64,000 bases of DNA from Octopus bimaculoides (taxonomy: Eukaryota), in assembly GCF_001194135.2 (NCBI RefSeq), contig NC_068992.1, positions 47,847,069 through 47,911,068 of the forward strand, written 5' to 3'. Below the pieces are notes generated by a model that was not told the origin of the DNA, ran no database searches, and saw only the letters and a list, made by a program, of their open reading frames with translations. Position 1 is the stretch's first letter; each line of letters starts with the position of its first letter. A program made the translations under genes and the position numbers. This document shows, piece after piece, positions 1-12,919 of the stretch.

Positions 1-1
1 G

Positions 2-206
2 TGTATAAGGGATGACCTCTAGGTGGACATCCAATATGCTAGAAAGAAGTCATCAACGACCCAACCACAAAGAAAAATAATGTTCTCCAGAAAAGATTTC
101 GCAAAAACACCAGAATAGGACAAAATGAGAAATATACCGGTGATTGGGTCGTTGATGACCTCTTTCTAGCATATTGGATGTCCAACTAGTGATCATCCCT
201 TATACA
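2..206. repeat. Long inverted repeat / foldback element (67-bp arms, 71-bp spacer)
   Basis: Arm 2-68 versus reverse complement of 140-206: 62/67 identical by manual comparison. Confidence 0.9.
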
Positions 207-326
207 TGTGTAGTTCAATTTTTTCTGAATTTTCAGATTTCTTTATGTGCTAGGCCACTTGGTTTTAAATTGAATTAATATTCAATTTATCACTTTATCT
301 ATATAAATAATAATTTATATATATAC

Positions 327-357
<31 letters not shown>

Positions 358-864
358 TCCATATACATCCCATTAATCCATACATAAAGACTTTCTTACC
401 ACTCTCTCTGTCTGTTATCTTACCCTCTCCTTCTTTCTCATCTTCTATCGTTCATTCCTATCTTTGAGAAAATATGTGAGGCTTCTGTGTGGCAGATATC
501 AGTCTGTGCAAGTGTTTTCCTGTATGTATGTGTGTGTGTCTGTATGTGTGTGTGTGTGTGGCCGTGTCCGTGTGCATGGGTGTATGTTTGTGTGTGAGTG
601 CTTGCATGTGTGTGTATGTCTGTGTAAGTACACATGTGTGTGAGTGTGTGGTATTGTCTTTCTAATGAGGGCCACATGTTTCGAGTTCTAAATTTCAAGA
701 CTGTATGCCACCATAGTAGTAATATGTGTATGTAAAAGCATGTGTAAGTGTGTATGTATGCATGTGTGAAGTTGTGTGTATATATGTATGTGGCTGTTTA
801 GTAGATGTGTGACATGTATGGCTAAGTCAGTGTGTAGATACATTCGTGGGTATGTGTGTGTGTG

Positions 865-895
<31 letters not shown>

Positions 896-1519
896 ACATG
901 AGGGTGTGCTTTGTTATTTCTTCATACAGGTGCACACAAGACAGTAAGAGAGAAACAAGAGAGAGAAAAAAGAGAAGGATGAAAGAGAAGAGGAGCCGGA
1001 TTTGGAGAGGAGGAGAGTGAAGATGAAGGGAGGGGTGGAGGAGAAGAAAGAGGAAGAGAAAGAGAGAAGAGGGCTCTGTGACTAATTTATCTAACAAACT
1101 CAACCTGAAGTAAAAACCTTCACTATATTCAAAACAGGGTTCATTTGATATCAGAAAAGAGGGAGCAGACAGTAGTAGCTACATAGACACATAGTGTGGT
1201 ATACTTTACTGTTGTGTATCCTGGGGTGTTTTTATGAAGTAAACTTGATCTGCAAAACATAGCAGTGAAATAACCCTTAACAAACTCCCTTATTGTCTTT
1301 AAAATGAGATCAGAATGAACGAATGAGAGATTTTCTTGTCACTCAATAAAGCTGTTATTTAAAAGTTAATTCCCCATCAACTAACTCCCTGTGGTCATTA
1401 GAATAGGGATTATATGAGTCTTTGTAATTGTCCCGGTGTAACCAGTTGATCTGTTTGAAGTAGTAAGGAAATATCGTACCAAAAAATTCCCTGCTGTTAT
1501 CAAAATTAAAAACTGCCAA

Positions 1520-1720
1520 ATCCAGGAGCTTTTTATGTAGATGCCATGGTAAATGATATATCCTTTACATGATCAGTCAATCAAGCTGCTAGAAATACCA
1601 GCCAAATCTACATTAAATCACACCCTCCCAAAGACATATTGGAGAATGCAATTCCATATTCTCAAGGTTTGAAGAAAGAAATATCAGTCAGTAGTTACAC
1701 AAAAGAGATGCTCGTGACTG
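1520..1720 (+). repeat. Dispersed repeat family F (core ...TGCTAGAAATAGCAGCCAAATCTCCCTCAAATCAC...), degraded copy
   Basis: The same core recurs at about 25310-25555, 42250-42480, 58330-58545 and 62680-62890 (+), and 37335-37505 and 40600-40797 (-). Class not determined. Confidence 0.6.
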
Positions 1721-2984
1721 GAACCTGTATTTAAGCATCTAACAATTAGCTGAATATATTTGTCCAAGTCCATATAATGTTAGAAGCACTGAACCTTTGA
1801 GACAATGATGGAGATGTAAAAGTACCAAACTGATTAGTGAGGTGACCCTCTACAAACACATACAGTACTGAGGTCCGTGTTAAAATCAAAAGGGTCACTA
1901 TATTTCGTGCATGGTTGACTGATTTGATAAAGATACTAGGCCTCCAGCTAGATTGTCTACAATATGTACCATGTTACTAGTGCTATGTTTTATCTGTAAC
2001 CAAGACATTTCTTTCTCAATTGCTCAGTCAACCTATCTGTAAGTACATGTCATAAGGTTATATGTAGTTTACATTGGTCAAAGATCTTAACTCTCAGTGA
2101 CTCAGACCATCTAGTTGTATGTAGGTACCAGAATACTATGCCCATGGCCAAGACACTTAACTGTCTAACAGCCCAGTCTACCTAGCTGTATACAGATACC
2201 ATTGTGTGGTATAATTCACACTGTGTAAAAGCCATGACACTTAAGTCTCAACAGTGTGATATTGTTGGCTACTCTACATAATGCTAGTACTGTAAAACTG
2301 TCAGATGCTTACTGACTTGGAGTGCCAAGTTTAATTCTTGTGGTGAGGAAATCAACCCTTAATAGACTAGCATCTTATCCTGGACATGTGTTTCTTATTC
2401 ACTGAATACAATGGAAACTAGATAGAAGCACAAACCTTTTAATTCACAACAGTGATGTAAATATAATTAAATGTAAATTAACTATTTCTAACACTCCACC
2501 TAACACTAGTCTCTTTGCTTCAATGATACAAAACATCCCATTTTAAAAAGACTGTGTTTAATTAAAATTTTCCACAACAATTTCATGGAAGAATCCTTTT
2601 GTTAAGTTCCATACAACAGTTTAAAAATAAAAGTTGTTATTTTCCTGAATCCCTCCAAATTCTTGGTTATTTTAAAACTTAATTGAAACATCAGATATTT
2701 CATTCGAAATAAAATCAAGGAAAAGGTGAAGCTGGGGAAATATGAGAATCTCTGCAAACTTGACTCCTTGGAAACATTCTGAAGATATTTTACATAACTA
2801 TACATAGCAACCTGTCATACAGTCACATGCTATGTCCATTGCAGAAAAGCTTTGGTGAATATTCATTCCACTTGCAAAGCATAATTAGTCACATTATTAA
2901 CCTCATCAAATATTTTATTATTATTGTATTTAATTACTCAATGGTTTCTGCTTTTATTTTATCTCTTTTTTTGTATAGTTTCTT

Positions 2985-3049
<65 letters not shown>

Positions 3050-3169
3050 NNNNNNNNNNNNNNNNNNNNNNNNNNNNNNNNNNNNNNNNNNNNNNNNNNN
3101 NNNNNNNNNNNNNNNNNNNNNNNNNNNNNNNNNNNNNNNNNNNNNNNTATATATATATATATGTGTGTG

Positions 3170-3207
<38 letters not shown>

Positions 3208-3901
3208 AATGTATTTATTATTATTATTATTATTGGTAATACAAGAATTTCTGATCATCTTACAGTGAAACCTTAATTATATATCCTTGGAGATTAAAAA
3301 CTAAATAAACACACGACAGCAACATGCCACATTTGTAGAATTGAACAATTGGAACACTGGGTAATTAAATATAATCATAATAAAAACGCATGACAAGGTT
3401 AATTGCTCTCGCTAATTATTTCTTGCATAATCCCTCATCTTAAAATCATCAAATATGTACCAAACTCAATACACAGTCCGGTGTATATGAGCTGATGACA
3501 AGGTGGGATCTCAGTGACCACAGAGGTCACACCTCACATCCCCATTTACTGGAATGCTGCTTATTGTGTCAGAGCGTATTAGACAAGACATTTGTCTTAC
3601 AGTGCTGGTCCAAAAACAGGTAATGTATTTTCTGGCATGCATGAATTTTCCAGACAAAGGTCTTTTGACTTAAATATTAAGATGACTTTGGAAAACTAAA
3701 AATTTCTGCAGCTGAATTTGAGAAGATAGTGACGTGTGCCAGAAAATGCTGAGCTCCCATAGATAGGTGGGTAGGTAGGCAAGTAGGGAGTTTGGGCTAA
3801 ATTTGACGATGTTTATGCCTCCTTTTTACAGGAACAACTTGATGTATTAGAGAACAGTGAAAAGGGCTGGATAGCATAAAGTAGTAGTAGAGAAAAGGTA
3901 G

Positions 3902-4292
3902 TGGAGGCACAATGGCCCAGTGGTTAGGGCAGCGGACTCGCGGTCATAGGATCGCAGTTTCAATTCCCAGACCAGGCGTTGTGAGTGTTTATTGAGCGAA
4001 AACACCTAAGGCTCCACGAGGCTTCAGCAGGGGATGGTGGCGAACCCTGCTGTACTCTTCCACCACAACTTTCTCTCACTCTTACCTCCTGTTTTTTTTG
4101 TGCCTGTAATTCAAAGGGTCAGCCTCGTCACACTGTGTCACGCTGAATATCCCCGAGAACTACGTTAAGGGTACACGTGTCTGTGGAGTGCTCAGCCACT
4201 TGCACGTTAATTTCATGAGCAGGCTGTTCCGTTGATCGGATCAACTGGAATCCTCAACATCGTAAGCGACAGAGTGCCAACAACAAAAAAAA
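3902..4292 (+). mobile_element. Full-length tRNA-derived SINE (family B)
   Basis: A-box-like TGGCCCAGTGG and B-box-like GTTTCAATTCC in the head, (CAA)n/A-rich tail, and a candidate 11-bp TSD (AGAGAAAAGGT 3889-3899, AGTGAAAAGGT 4293-4303). Confidence 0.85.
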
Positions 4293-4311
4293 AGTGAAAA
4301 GGTTATTTTAC

Positions 4312-4525
4312 ATGGAGGACTGGAAGCCATCTGAATATCAGAAGAGAGTAACCTGTATGATGATGATTTGTGTTGGGTATCACAATGTTGATATCATGAA
4401 TGCTGTTCAATAACCTGCGAACATTGTAAAGGTTGTAAGATGTAACAAGGGCAGCTGCAATGGAGATTATAAAGCCATGGCCATCATGAAGGGACACAGT
4501 AGGTGTTCTGATTGCTGGGATTCAT
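4312..4525 (+). pseudogene. Decayed N-terminal fragment of a Tc1/mariner (maT-like) transposase
   Basis: Translates MEDWKPSEYQKRVTCMMMICVGYHNVDIMNAVQ*... then (frame change) SCNGDYKAMAIMKGHSRCSD, resembling the N-terminus of maT transposases as I recall them. Contains a stop and a frameshift. Confidence 0.45.
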
Positions 4526-4754
4526 CCAACAACTGATGAACAGGGGCCCTAGGCTCAGTTTGAGACAAAAAAAAAATATAAAAATTTTATTACACAGTGA
4601 ACCTTGTCAATATTTTTTTATTTTTTAAAATACTTTTATTTTTGGATGGAATATTTCGTTTTCTTTCCTTTTATGCAAACTGTCAAATTTAACCCAAACA
4701 CCTTAGAGGCAGATATTTTGAGAAGTGGGAAGGTGTGTCAAAACTGCTGTTGAG

Positions 4755-4969
4755 TTAAGCTTTTTGGTACCTGCCTGGAACTGCCCCTAGTCCTATGATA
4801 TAAAATCCATTCTTTAAAATGATTTAAATTAAAATATCCAATGAAGTTTCATGTTAATTTATGTTCCAAACATCAGCTTAAGTTATTTCATTAAATTCTT
4901 CATTATTCTAAAAATTAATTGAAATAAAGACCGTGAATTTCATTAGAAATATGGTAATGAAAGGATTAA
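4755..4969. mobile_element. TTAA-flanked MITE (piggyBac-like, family G1), degraded
   Basis: TTAA at both ends (4755-4758, 4966-4969); internal sequence similar to the copy at 56688-56918. Confidence 0.6.
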
Positions 4970-5516
4970 GCAGGTGAACAGAGAAGTATCTATTGTTGTA
5001 GTTGTCAATGTTTTTTGTTGATATTACCATTTCCAATTGCTTTTCTTGTTGTTGCAATATTTATTGTTGCTGTTGTTGTTACTGTTTAGCCTGAGGCAGA
5101 CCCTTATCAAATAGACACGCAGCAGACAGATAACTACTCATACAAAAGTTGTCAATGTGTATTGAGGAACAAAGCAGCAAAAGAGAATTTATAACGGAGT
5201 TGAGCAAAAATTAAGTAAAATAGTTATCTTTCAATACCCAAAAGGAAGTAAATACTTAAAAAATTTCTATTATTATTCCAGTAATTTATCTCAGAATTTA
5301 CACCTGTAATCAGCAGTTGGAACAAACACAAATCTTTCAGTTAATGTCACACACTTTCACTATATATATATATATATACATGCATGCAATGCATAGGTAT
5401 ATATATGTATATGAATGAATACACACACATGTACATACACACAATATACATCTATGCATATACGTACACACAATATATATATATATGAACATACATGTCT
5501 ATATACATACATATAC

Positions 5517-5548
<32 letters not shown>

Positions 5549-6199
5549 NNNNNNNNNNNNNNNNNNNNNNNNNNNNNNNNNNNNNNNNNNNNNNNNNNNN
5601 NNNNNNNNNNNNNNNNNNNNNNNNNNNNNNNNNNNNNNNNNNNNNNNNNNNNNNNNNNNNNNNNNNNNNNNNNNNNNNNNNNNNNNNNNNNNNNNNNNNN
5701 NNNNNNNNNNNNNNNNNNNNNNNNNNNNNNNNNNNNNNNNNNNNNNNNNNNNNNNNNNNNNNNNNNNNNNNNNNNNNNNNNNNNNNNNNNNNNNNNNNNN
5801 NNNNNNNNNNNNNNNNNNNNNNNNNNNNNNNNNNNNNNNNNNNNNNNNNNNNNNNNNNNNNNNNNNNNNNNNNNNNNNNNNNNNNNNNNNNNNNNNNNNN
5901 NNNNNNNNNNNNNNNNNNNNNNNNNNNNNNNNNNNNNNNNNNNNNNNNNNNNNNNNNNNNNNNNNNNNNNNNNNNNNNNNNNNNNNNNNNNNNNNNNNNN
6001 NNNNNNNNNNNNNNNNNNNNNNNNNNNNNNNNNNNNNNNNNNNNNNNNNNNNNNNNNNNNNNNNNNNNNNNNNNNNNNNNNNNNNNNNNNNNNNNNNNNN
6101 NNNNNNNNNNATATATATATATATATATATATATACATACATACATAGATGCAAGAGTGGCTGTGTGGTAGTAGCTTGCTTGCTAACCACAGTTAAGTC

Positions 6200-7900
6200 G
6201 ATCCCTATAACATAGTCTCTCTACCATGAGGATTTGATAATTTATGCATATATTCATGTTCAGCCTTCCCTTAAATAAATCTGATGTTAAATGTTTGCAA
6301 GTTTTGCTTGTTTGTAATATATGCGGCCAGCCTAATCTCACAGCATGACTAATACAGTAATTAAGCAATTACACCTATCACAACAATAACAATCAATTGT
6401 TTTTTGGAAATTTTTAACCTCACAAACTTTTTGGGGAAAACTTGAAACTAGAATCTCTGAGTCACTTAATATGGTTTCAGAATCCACTAGTTAAACTTTA
6501 AACTGGTAATCTTCTAGGATTGCAATGAATCCCCTTACCTGAGCTAATTCTGAAGCACTCCAATCCTCTGGATTTTCTTTGAAAATAGCTGAGAATTCAG
6601 TAATTTTGTTGGACAAAATGAATACTTGCCCCAATGAATAATTTAAATGTTTCTCTGGTAATTTTGGAAAGTTTGATCCAACAATTTCATCTTGTAGGGC
6701 TGCTTGAGCTCCCAACTTTGAGAAAAAAATTGAAATTTCTTTTAAAGTTCGGAAGAAAATTTGACCTTCGCAAGTATTTTAAGCCAATTAAGAGAGTACC
6801 AAGTTAATTGAGTGTGCATAACAATGTACAAATATGACAGTCACACCAAAAAAATCTCCTATATTCTTGCTTGTATCCATTCAAATGCCCAGTCATCATA
6901 CTCACTCCATCAAAAAGTTTACCCAATGAATTTTTGACCACAGTTGAATTCATTAACAAATGTTCAATCTTTTGCCAATGTTGTTAGCTTTTCTATATTT
7001 ACTGACATTGACATATATCAAAACTCTTTCTAGAGATTTTCCTTCTCATTAACAAAATGCACAATGTGTAACAACTGGAATTTCGTTTGAAGATCCATAG
7101 TCTCATCAAACATAACAGCAACAAAAAATGGGGTTTTTTTTGGGGGGGGGGGTTTCAATCATTGCCTTAATTTTACCTTCAATTGTAGCAGCTATACAAT
7201 TAATGATCTCATTTTGAATATCACTTTGAAAGTTCAGAAAATGTGCAGTTGACATTTTTCTTCACAAAATCTAAATGCAATCTTAAATAATCATTGTATT
7301 CCGCTACTGCTTCACATATAGCAAGAAAATTACCCTTATTGTTTGGTTCTTCTGTTTCATCGTGTCCGCCAAATGGTAATTCTTGACAAGCCGAAATTTC
7401 AATACTATGAATTAACCTTTTCAATATATCATGATTTTCCTCCACTGATCTATTATGGAACTGACTCAAAGCTGCTTTCCAGTGATTGATTACTTCATCA
7501 ATCCATTGTCAGCCAAAGATTTTCAGAGCAATTACAGAATTCAGATGGTTCTGAGATTTTTGTGTTTTGTCAAAGCTGTAATCAAATTGTGCGAATTGCA
7601 ATAGCCAGTAGTTGTCCATGTGTTCTTATCCTGACAAAATAACAGACATTGGAAACAGAACAATTTGTTCAGAATGGGACATCCTATCATAATACTTGGA
7701 ATCAAAATAACGATGACATTCTTTGCTGTCTACTTAGGTTTTAATTTTCAGTTCAAGCTCTGGCATCTCTTTTCTGAGAATAATATCCTTCTTCTCTTCA
7801 AAGTTGCTTCTTGTAAAATGTCAGGAAAGCAGAGAGGAAACTGCCATCCTGGGGTTGAGTGAAAGTCTGAAATATTTTACTGGGTTATAATATTTTTAAA
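6200..7900 (-). pseudogene. Decayed hAT-superfamily transposase (ZMYM1-like, ZnF_TTF + DUF4371)
   Basis: The minus strand gives FCFQCLLFCQDKNTWTTTGY...KHKKSQNH (TTF-type zinc finger), ELPFGGHDETEEPNNKGNFLAICEAVAEYNDYLRLHL (DUF4371 motif) and FVAVMFDETMD (first catalytic Asp region). Many stops and frameshifts; no TIRs identified. Confidence 0.85.
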
Positions 7901-8179
7901 TGGATTGAAGCTTTATTCTGACAAAAAATTTAGGTGCTGGTTTTCTTTTTTATATAACCTTTTTAAATAATTTCGAATATTTAAAATTCAATTTTAGAAG
8001 TATTGGTATGGACAAATGGATGAAAACATTACTTTTTAATCACAAAAAAATTAACTTTGCTGGCTGCTTCTTTTCACCTCAAGTGTGAACTAGCGAAGAA
8101 GAAAACTCTGGGTAGTGGTCGCATGATTGGATTTAGGTCTTAAGAAGGGATCAAGAATACGGGTAAAATCTTTTTAAAA

Positions 8180-8548
8180 AGCAAGCACAGCTGTGTCTTA
8201 AGAAATTTGCGTCACAACCATATGACTCTGAGTTCAATTCAACTGTGTGGCATCATGAGCCAGGTGTCCTCTTCTATAGCTTCAGGGTGGTCAATGCCTT
8301 GTGAGTGGATTTGGTAGACAAAAATGGAAAGAAGCCTTGGGGTGGGGGGCATGTGCGTATCCAACACCACCACTTGACAATCATTGCTGGTGTGTTTATG
8401 TAACTTAGTGGTTTGGCAAAAGGAGCTGATAAAATATGTATGAAACCTAACAAAAGTACTGGGGTCAATTCATTCAACTAAATATTCTTCAAGGCTGAGC
8501 CTTAGAATGGTCATAGTCTAATGACGGAAACATGTAAAAGAGTAAAAT
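8180..8548 (+). mobile_element. SINE family A, diverged near-full-length copy
   Basis: Collinear with 9216-9620: head, CCTTGTGAGTGGATTTGGTAGAC block, CCAGCATGGC-like block and GTAAAAGAG tail. Confidence 0.8.
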
Positions 8549-9215
8549 ATACACTCTTCTGTACTGAATAATCATATGAAATAAACCAGAATCAGTTATA
8601 AAACAAAGATACAAATTGATTAAACATGCATTTCTTGTCTAAATACGTCTGGCAATGAGAAAAGCTGTAAGTCTTTTGAATCGGCAATTCTTTGATCTTT
8701 GCTGCACAGGATGGTAAAAACAACAGCACTTCAGGATAAAATATTTTGACAGCATGTCTGCCGGCTTAACATGGCTGAAAGGCAAGCAATAAAATTTCTG
8801 CCTTTTCCTCTTTCGTCTCCCTTTTGCATGCTACCTTCTCCAAGAGAATAACAAAATACAAAAGAATTAACAACACTGCTTTTTCTTACTATACTGAAAG
8901 CAGAAAAAATTCTGCTTTCATCTGCCTTCCTCTCAGTGAATTCCCACATCTTTGTTGTGTCTTTTTTTCTTTCATGCTCCCTGCTCAAAAGGAAGCAATT
9001 AATTCATTGCTTTCACTTCTTTTCTCACTCAGCAAACAGGATCTTCTTCTACATATATACTTTTTAAATAATATCAATTGTTTATAATTTATACTAAGAA
9101 ATGAAGGAATGGGAAATGCAAAAAGTATCATGTGTACAAGGAGGATAGTTAAGATTATCAATAATTAATTTTATATAACTCAAAAATATTTATCCTGGAA
9201 AAGAAAAGTAAGGAA

Positions 9216-9620
9216 AGCGTAGGAGTGGCTGTGTGGTAAGTAGCTTGCTTACCAACTACATGGTTCCGGGTTCAGTCCCACTGCATGGCACCTTGGGCAA
9301 GTGTCTTCTACTATAGCCTCGGGCTGACCAAAGCCTTGTGAGTGGATTTGGTAGACGGAAACTGAAAGAAGCCCGTCATATATAAGTATATATATTTATA
9401 TGTGTGTGTGTCTGTGGTTGTCCCCCCAACATCGCTTGATAACCGACGGTGGTTTGTTTACGTCCCCGTAACTTAGCGGTTCGGCAAAAGAGACCAATAG
9501 AATATGTACTAGGCTTCCAAAGAATAAGTCCTGGGGTCGATTTGCTTGACTAAAGGTCGTGCTCCAGCATGGCCACAGTCAAATGACTGAAACAAGTAAA
9601 AGAGTAAAAGAGTAAAGAGT
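9216..9620 (+). mobile_element. SINE family A, full-length young copy (tRNA-like head, internal TA/TG microsatellite, (GAGTAAAA)n tail)
   Basis: A-box-like TGGCTGTGTGG and B-box-like GGTTCAGTCCC; near-identical in reverse complement to 28981-29413 and 47812-48203. Confidence 0.9.
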
Positions 9621-10410
9621 GCATGAGTCGCATACTTACACCCTTCACCCCTGGTATAAATATGCCTATATGTGTGTTTATATATGTATATATANNNNNN
9701 NNNNNNNNNNNNNNNNNNNNNNNNNNNNNNNNNNNNNNNNNNNNNNNNNNNNNNNNNNNNNNNNNNNNNNNNNNNNNNNNNNNNNNNNNNNNNNNNNNNN
9801 ATATATATATATATATATATACACACAGATATACACAGGCACATACTTAAATTATAGAAACCAGTCAGTTCATGTAACTAATAGTTTCAAAGTCACTCAT
9901 TATCATGAGATTTGGTTGGCTCATACCATTGTTTCACTTAGTTTTCTACCAAATTCCACTCATATGGTACTGGTCAAGCAGAGATCAAACTAGGAACTAC
10001 ATGGTAATAAAGACAATTTCTTCACCACACATCATGATTCCATTCAACAAAGATTTGCTTCTACATTATCTGTAGTAATTATATTTACATCCAATGATTT
10101 GAGTGAGCAAATTCTGATAATCATATAGAACACGATGCTGTTCTAGAGACAGGCCTTGCACTACCGACCTCTGACCTCATGGATCATTATGCAGTAGCTT
10201 AGCCATGTGGCTATTAACATCATCATTCACCCAGTGGCATCAAGACTCTTTATTGGTCAATCAGACAATAACTTTTTACTTTAGTGTAATCTAGATTGGT
10301 CAGTGTCCAGTATCTACAACATTATGTCAAATATACTAGTCATTTCATACATCATTATATATCATTATATATACATATATATTGCATGTATATATATATG
10401 TGTGTGTATG

Positions 10411-10446
<36 letters not shown>

Positions 10447-10690
10447 NNNNNNNNNNNNNNNNNNNNNNNNNNNNNNNNNNNNNNNNNNNNNNNNNNNNNN
10501 NNNNNNNNNNNNNNNNNNNNNNNNNNNNNNNNNNNNNNNNNNNNNNNNNNNNNNNNNNNNNNNNNNNNNNNNNNNNNNNNNNNCAGAGAGGGGGAAACAC
10601 ACACACATATATGTTGATGATATACACAAGTATTCATATTTCACAGAATGTTTTGGAGGTGCATGCATGACTGTATGCTCACACACACAT

Positions 10691-10736
<46 letters not shown>

Positions 10737-10860
10737 GATGGTATACTTGTCAGTAGAATCATGTACCAAGCACATCATAAAACTATGAACAAAGTATAAA
10801 AACTCAGTACTAAGAGTAAATATTTATAAACACACATTATAGATACAAATAAATACCTAC

Positions 10861-10913
<53 letters not shown>

Positions 10914-12015
10914 CACACATGTATACATATACATATATATATATATATATATGCATAAATGTATTTCTTTATACAGGTATAGGTGTGTATTTATGTATAT
11001 GTGTGTGTGTGTGTGTGTGTGTATATAATTATACACACAGATACATGTAATGTAATTTGTTTGTGTATGTATATGTGCATGCATGTGTTTGTGCGGTGTA
11101 TTTTCAATTGCATTCAGTTTCACCATGTTCGTTCGGTCCAGTCTAGTCCACCATTCCAACTGCACTAACCATTCTCAATATTCCAGTAAGTTGATATATC
11201 TCCTTATGGTCATTTAGTGTTAAATACAATACCATGTTGTCAAACTATTTGATTGATAAGATACTGCTCGTTTTATTCGCAGCCAATACGGATTATGGAT
11301 TACAGTGAAGAATATGGATAAACAAGACAAAGAAAAAACAAAAACAAAAACAAAAAGCGAAATACAAAAATAACAACGTGATGAAGTAGTGGAAGAAGGG
11401 TTCGGAGATTAGCAAATTCAACAAAGGGTTAGAGACTATATACTTGGTTCATGAATATTAACTACATACAATATGCAGCAACTGGAATTTTGCTTGAAAC
11501 TGTCCCCTCTGTCCATTTTAGTTCTATCTCATTCATTTTTATTCTGTTTTATTGTATTTTTAAACAGATATCAATCAAACAGAAGCTAGAGGGTTGTTAG
11601 AATCATTGTCTTTTTTTTTTTTACTGTTTCTATTTTCTAATTTTTTTTTTTTTTTTGTTCTGACCATTGGAGAAGTAAAAGTCTCAGTTATTTGTTAATG
11701 AGATTCAGGCATAGAGAAATTCTGCACGACAGCTTTCATTTTGAATATTCATTACATCTCAAGAGAGAATTATTTCACTAATAATAATAAGAGGATGTGT
11801 AAACATCTCCCCATTTTCTTCTCTTTTCTTTTTGTGTTGTCTTTTTCTTGTCTTTTTGTACTTTTCCTGTTTTTGTTTTACCTTTTTAATGATTTTTTTT
11901 TTCTTTTATTGTTGCTATCTTGATGTGAAGTTTGATTTTGGCACTTTTTCCGATTCCTCCCTAAAATGCAGTAGCAGTATTAGAGGTGATAGTAATAGTA
12001 GTAGCAGCAGCAGCT

Positions 12016-12016
12016 A

Positions 12017-12076
<60 letters not shown>

Positions 12077-12090
12077 CAGCAGCAGCTGTT
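12016..12090. repeat. (AGT)n/(AGC)n microsatellite
   Basis: Direct reading; source of the spurious poly-Ser ORF. Confidence 0.95.
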
Positions 12091-12394
12091 GCAGCTCAGT
12101 AAGTTTCTTTTAAACATCATCAAAGTGCTCTCAGGTAACAGCTGCAGTGATTGGCTCTGTTTTTCCTTTCATTTTTTTTGTTTGAATTCATGAAACAGAT
12201 AATAAATAAATCTTCTATGGGATAGGAAGATAGTCTCTTATTGGAGATAATGTTTACAAATGATCTGGAGGCGCGTACGTGAAATGGGGTTGGGGGATAA
12301 TATCAATTTAAGTCTACTTCATAAATACATGGAATACAGCAGCAGCAATGAATTTTAACAGACCATCTAGGATTTGGTGGGAGCTTTTTCGGTA

Positions 12395-12880
12395 ATGTAA
12401 CTACTGAATGTGATAGTTCAACACAGTAGCCACTAAATGTATTGACCAAGTGGGTTGGTAGTTCAATATTGTAGCCACTGAATGTATGAGTCAAGAGGTT
12501 GATAGTTCAATATTGCAGCCACTCGGTCTATGGATGGGTAGCTTGGTAGTTCATTACTGTAGCCACTGAATGTATGAGTAGATAGGTTGATAGCTGATTA
12601 ATGTAGCTGCTAAATGTATAGGTCGGTAGTTCAACAGTGTAACCACTGAATATAGTTGTTCAATACTGTAGCCACTGAATATGGTAAGTGGTCAAAATGT
12701 TGGTGGGTAGATGTATAGTTCAATAATATAGCTACAGAAAGTATGAGAGGATAGGCTTGTTGTTCAATACTGTAACCACTGAATGAATGGGTGAATATTC
12801 TAATTTTTCAATAATGTAGCCACTGAATTGGGTTGTTCAATACTGTAGCCATTTGGTAGTTCAATATTGTAGCCACAGCA
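12395..12880. repeat. Degenerate minisatellite: about 26-nt core RTAGTTCAATAYTGTAGCCACTGAAT, about 12-13 copies with variable linkers
   Basis: Cores visible near 12413, 12458, 12501, 12546, 12590, 12626, 12655, 12715, 12759, 12802, 12832 and 12856. Confidence 0.85.
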
Positions 12881-12919
12881 TCGTCATATCTCTATGTAAT
12901 AAGGGCTAACACTCAACCT

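Noticed and set aside
3902-3985. tRNA gene
   Set aside because: A- and B-box-like motifs are present but continue into a SINE body with a tail and TSD; no complete cloverleaf is evident. The same applies to the other SINE heads.
4303-4497. Minus-strand ORF resembling a membrane protein fragment
   Set aside because: It is the antisense of the maT-like transposase remnant on the plus strand.
8640-9090. Overlapping 85-87 aa ORFs on both strands in non-repeat sequence
   Set aside because: No recognisable domain or convincing splice signals; it could be conserved non-coding DNA, but that cannot be judged without alignments.
12395-12880. CRISPR array
   Set aside because: Eukaryotic context, degenerate repeats, linkers of irregular length that are related to each other, and no cas genes.
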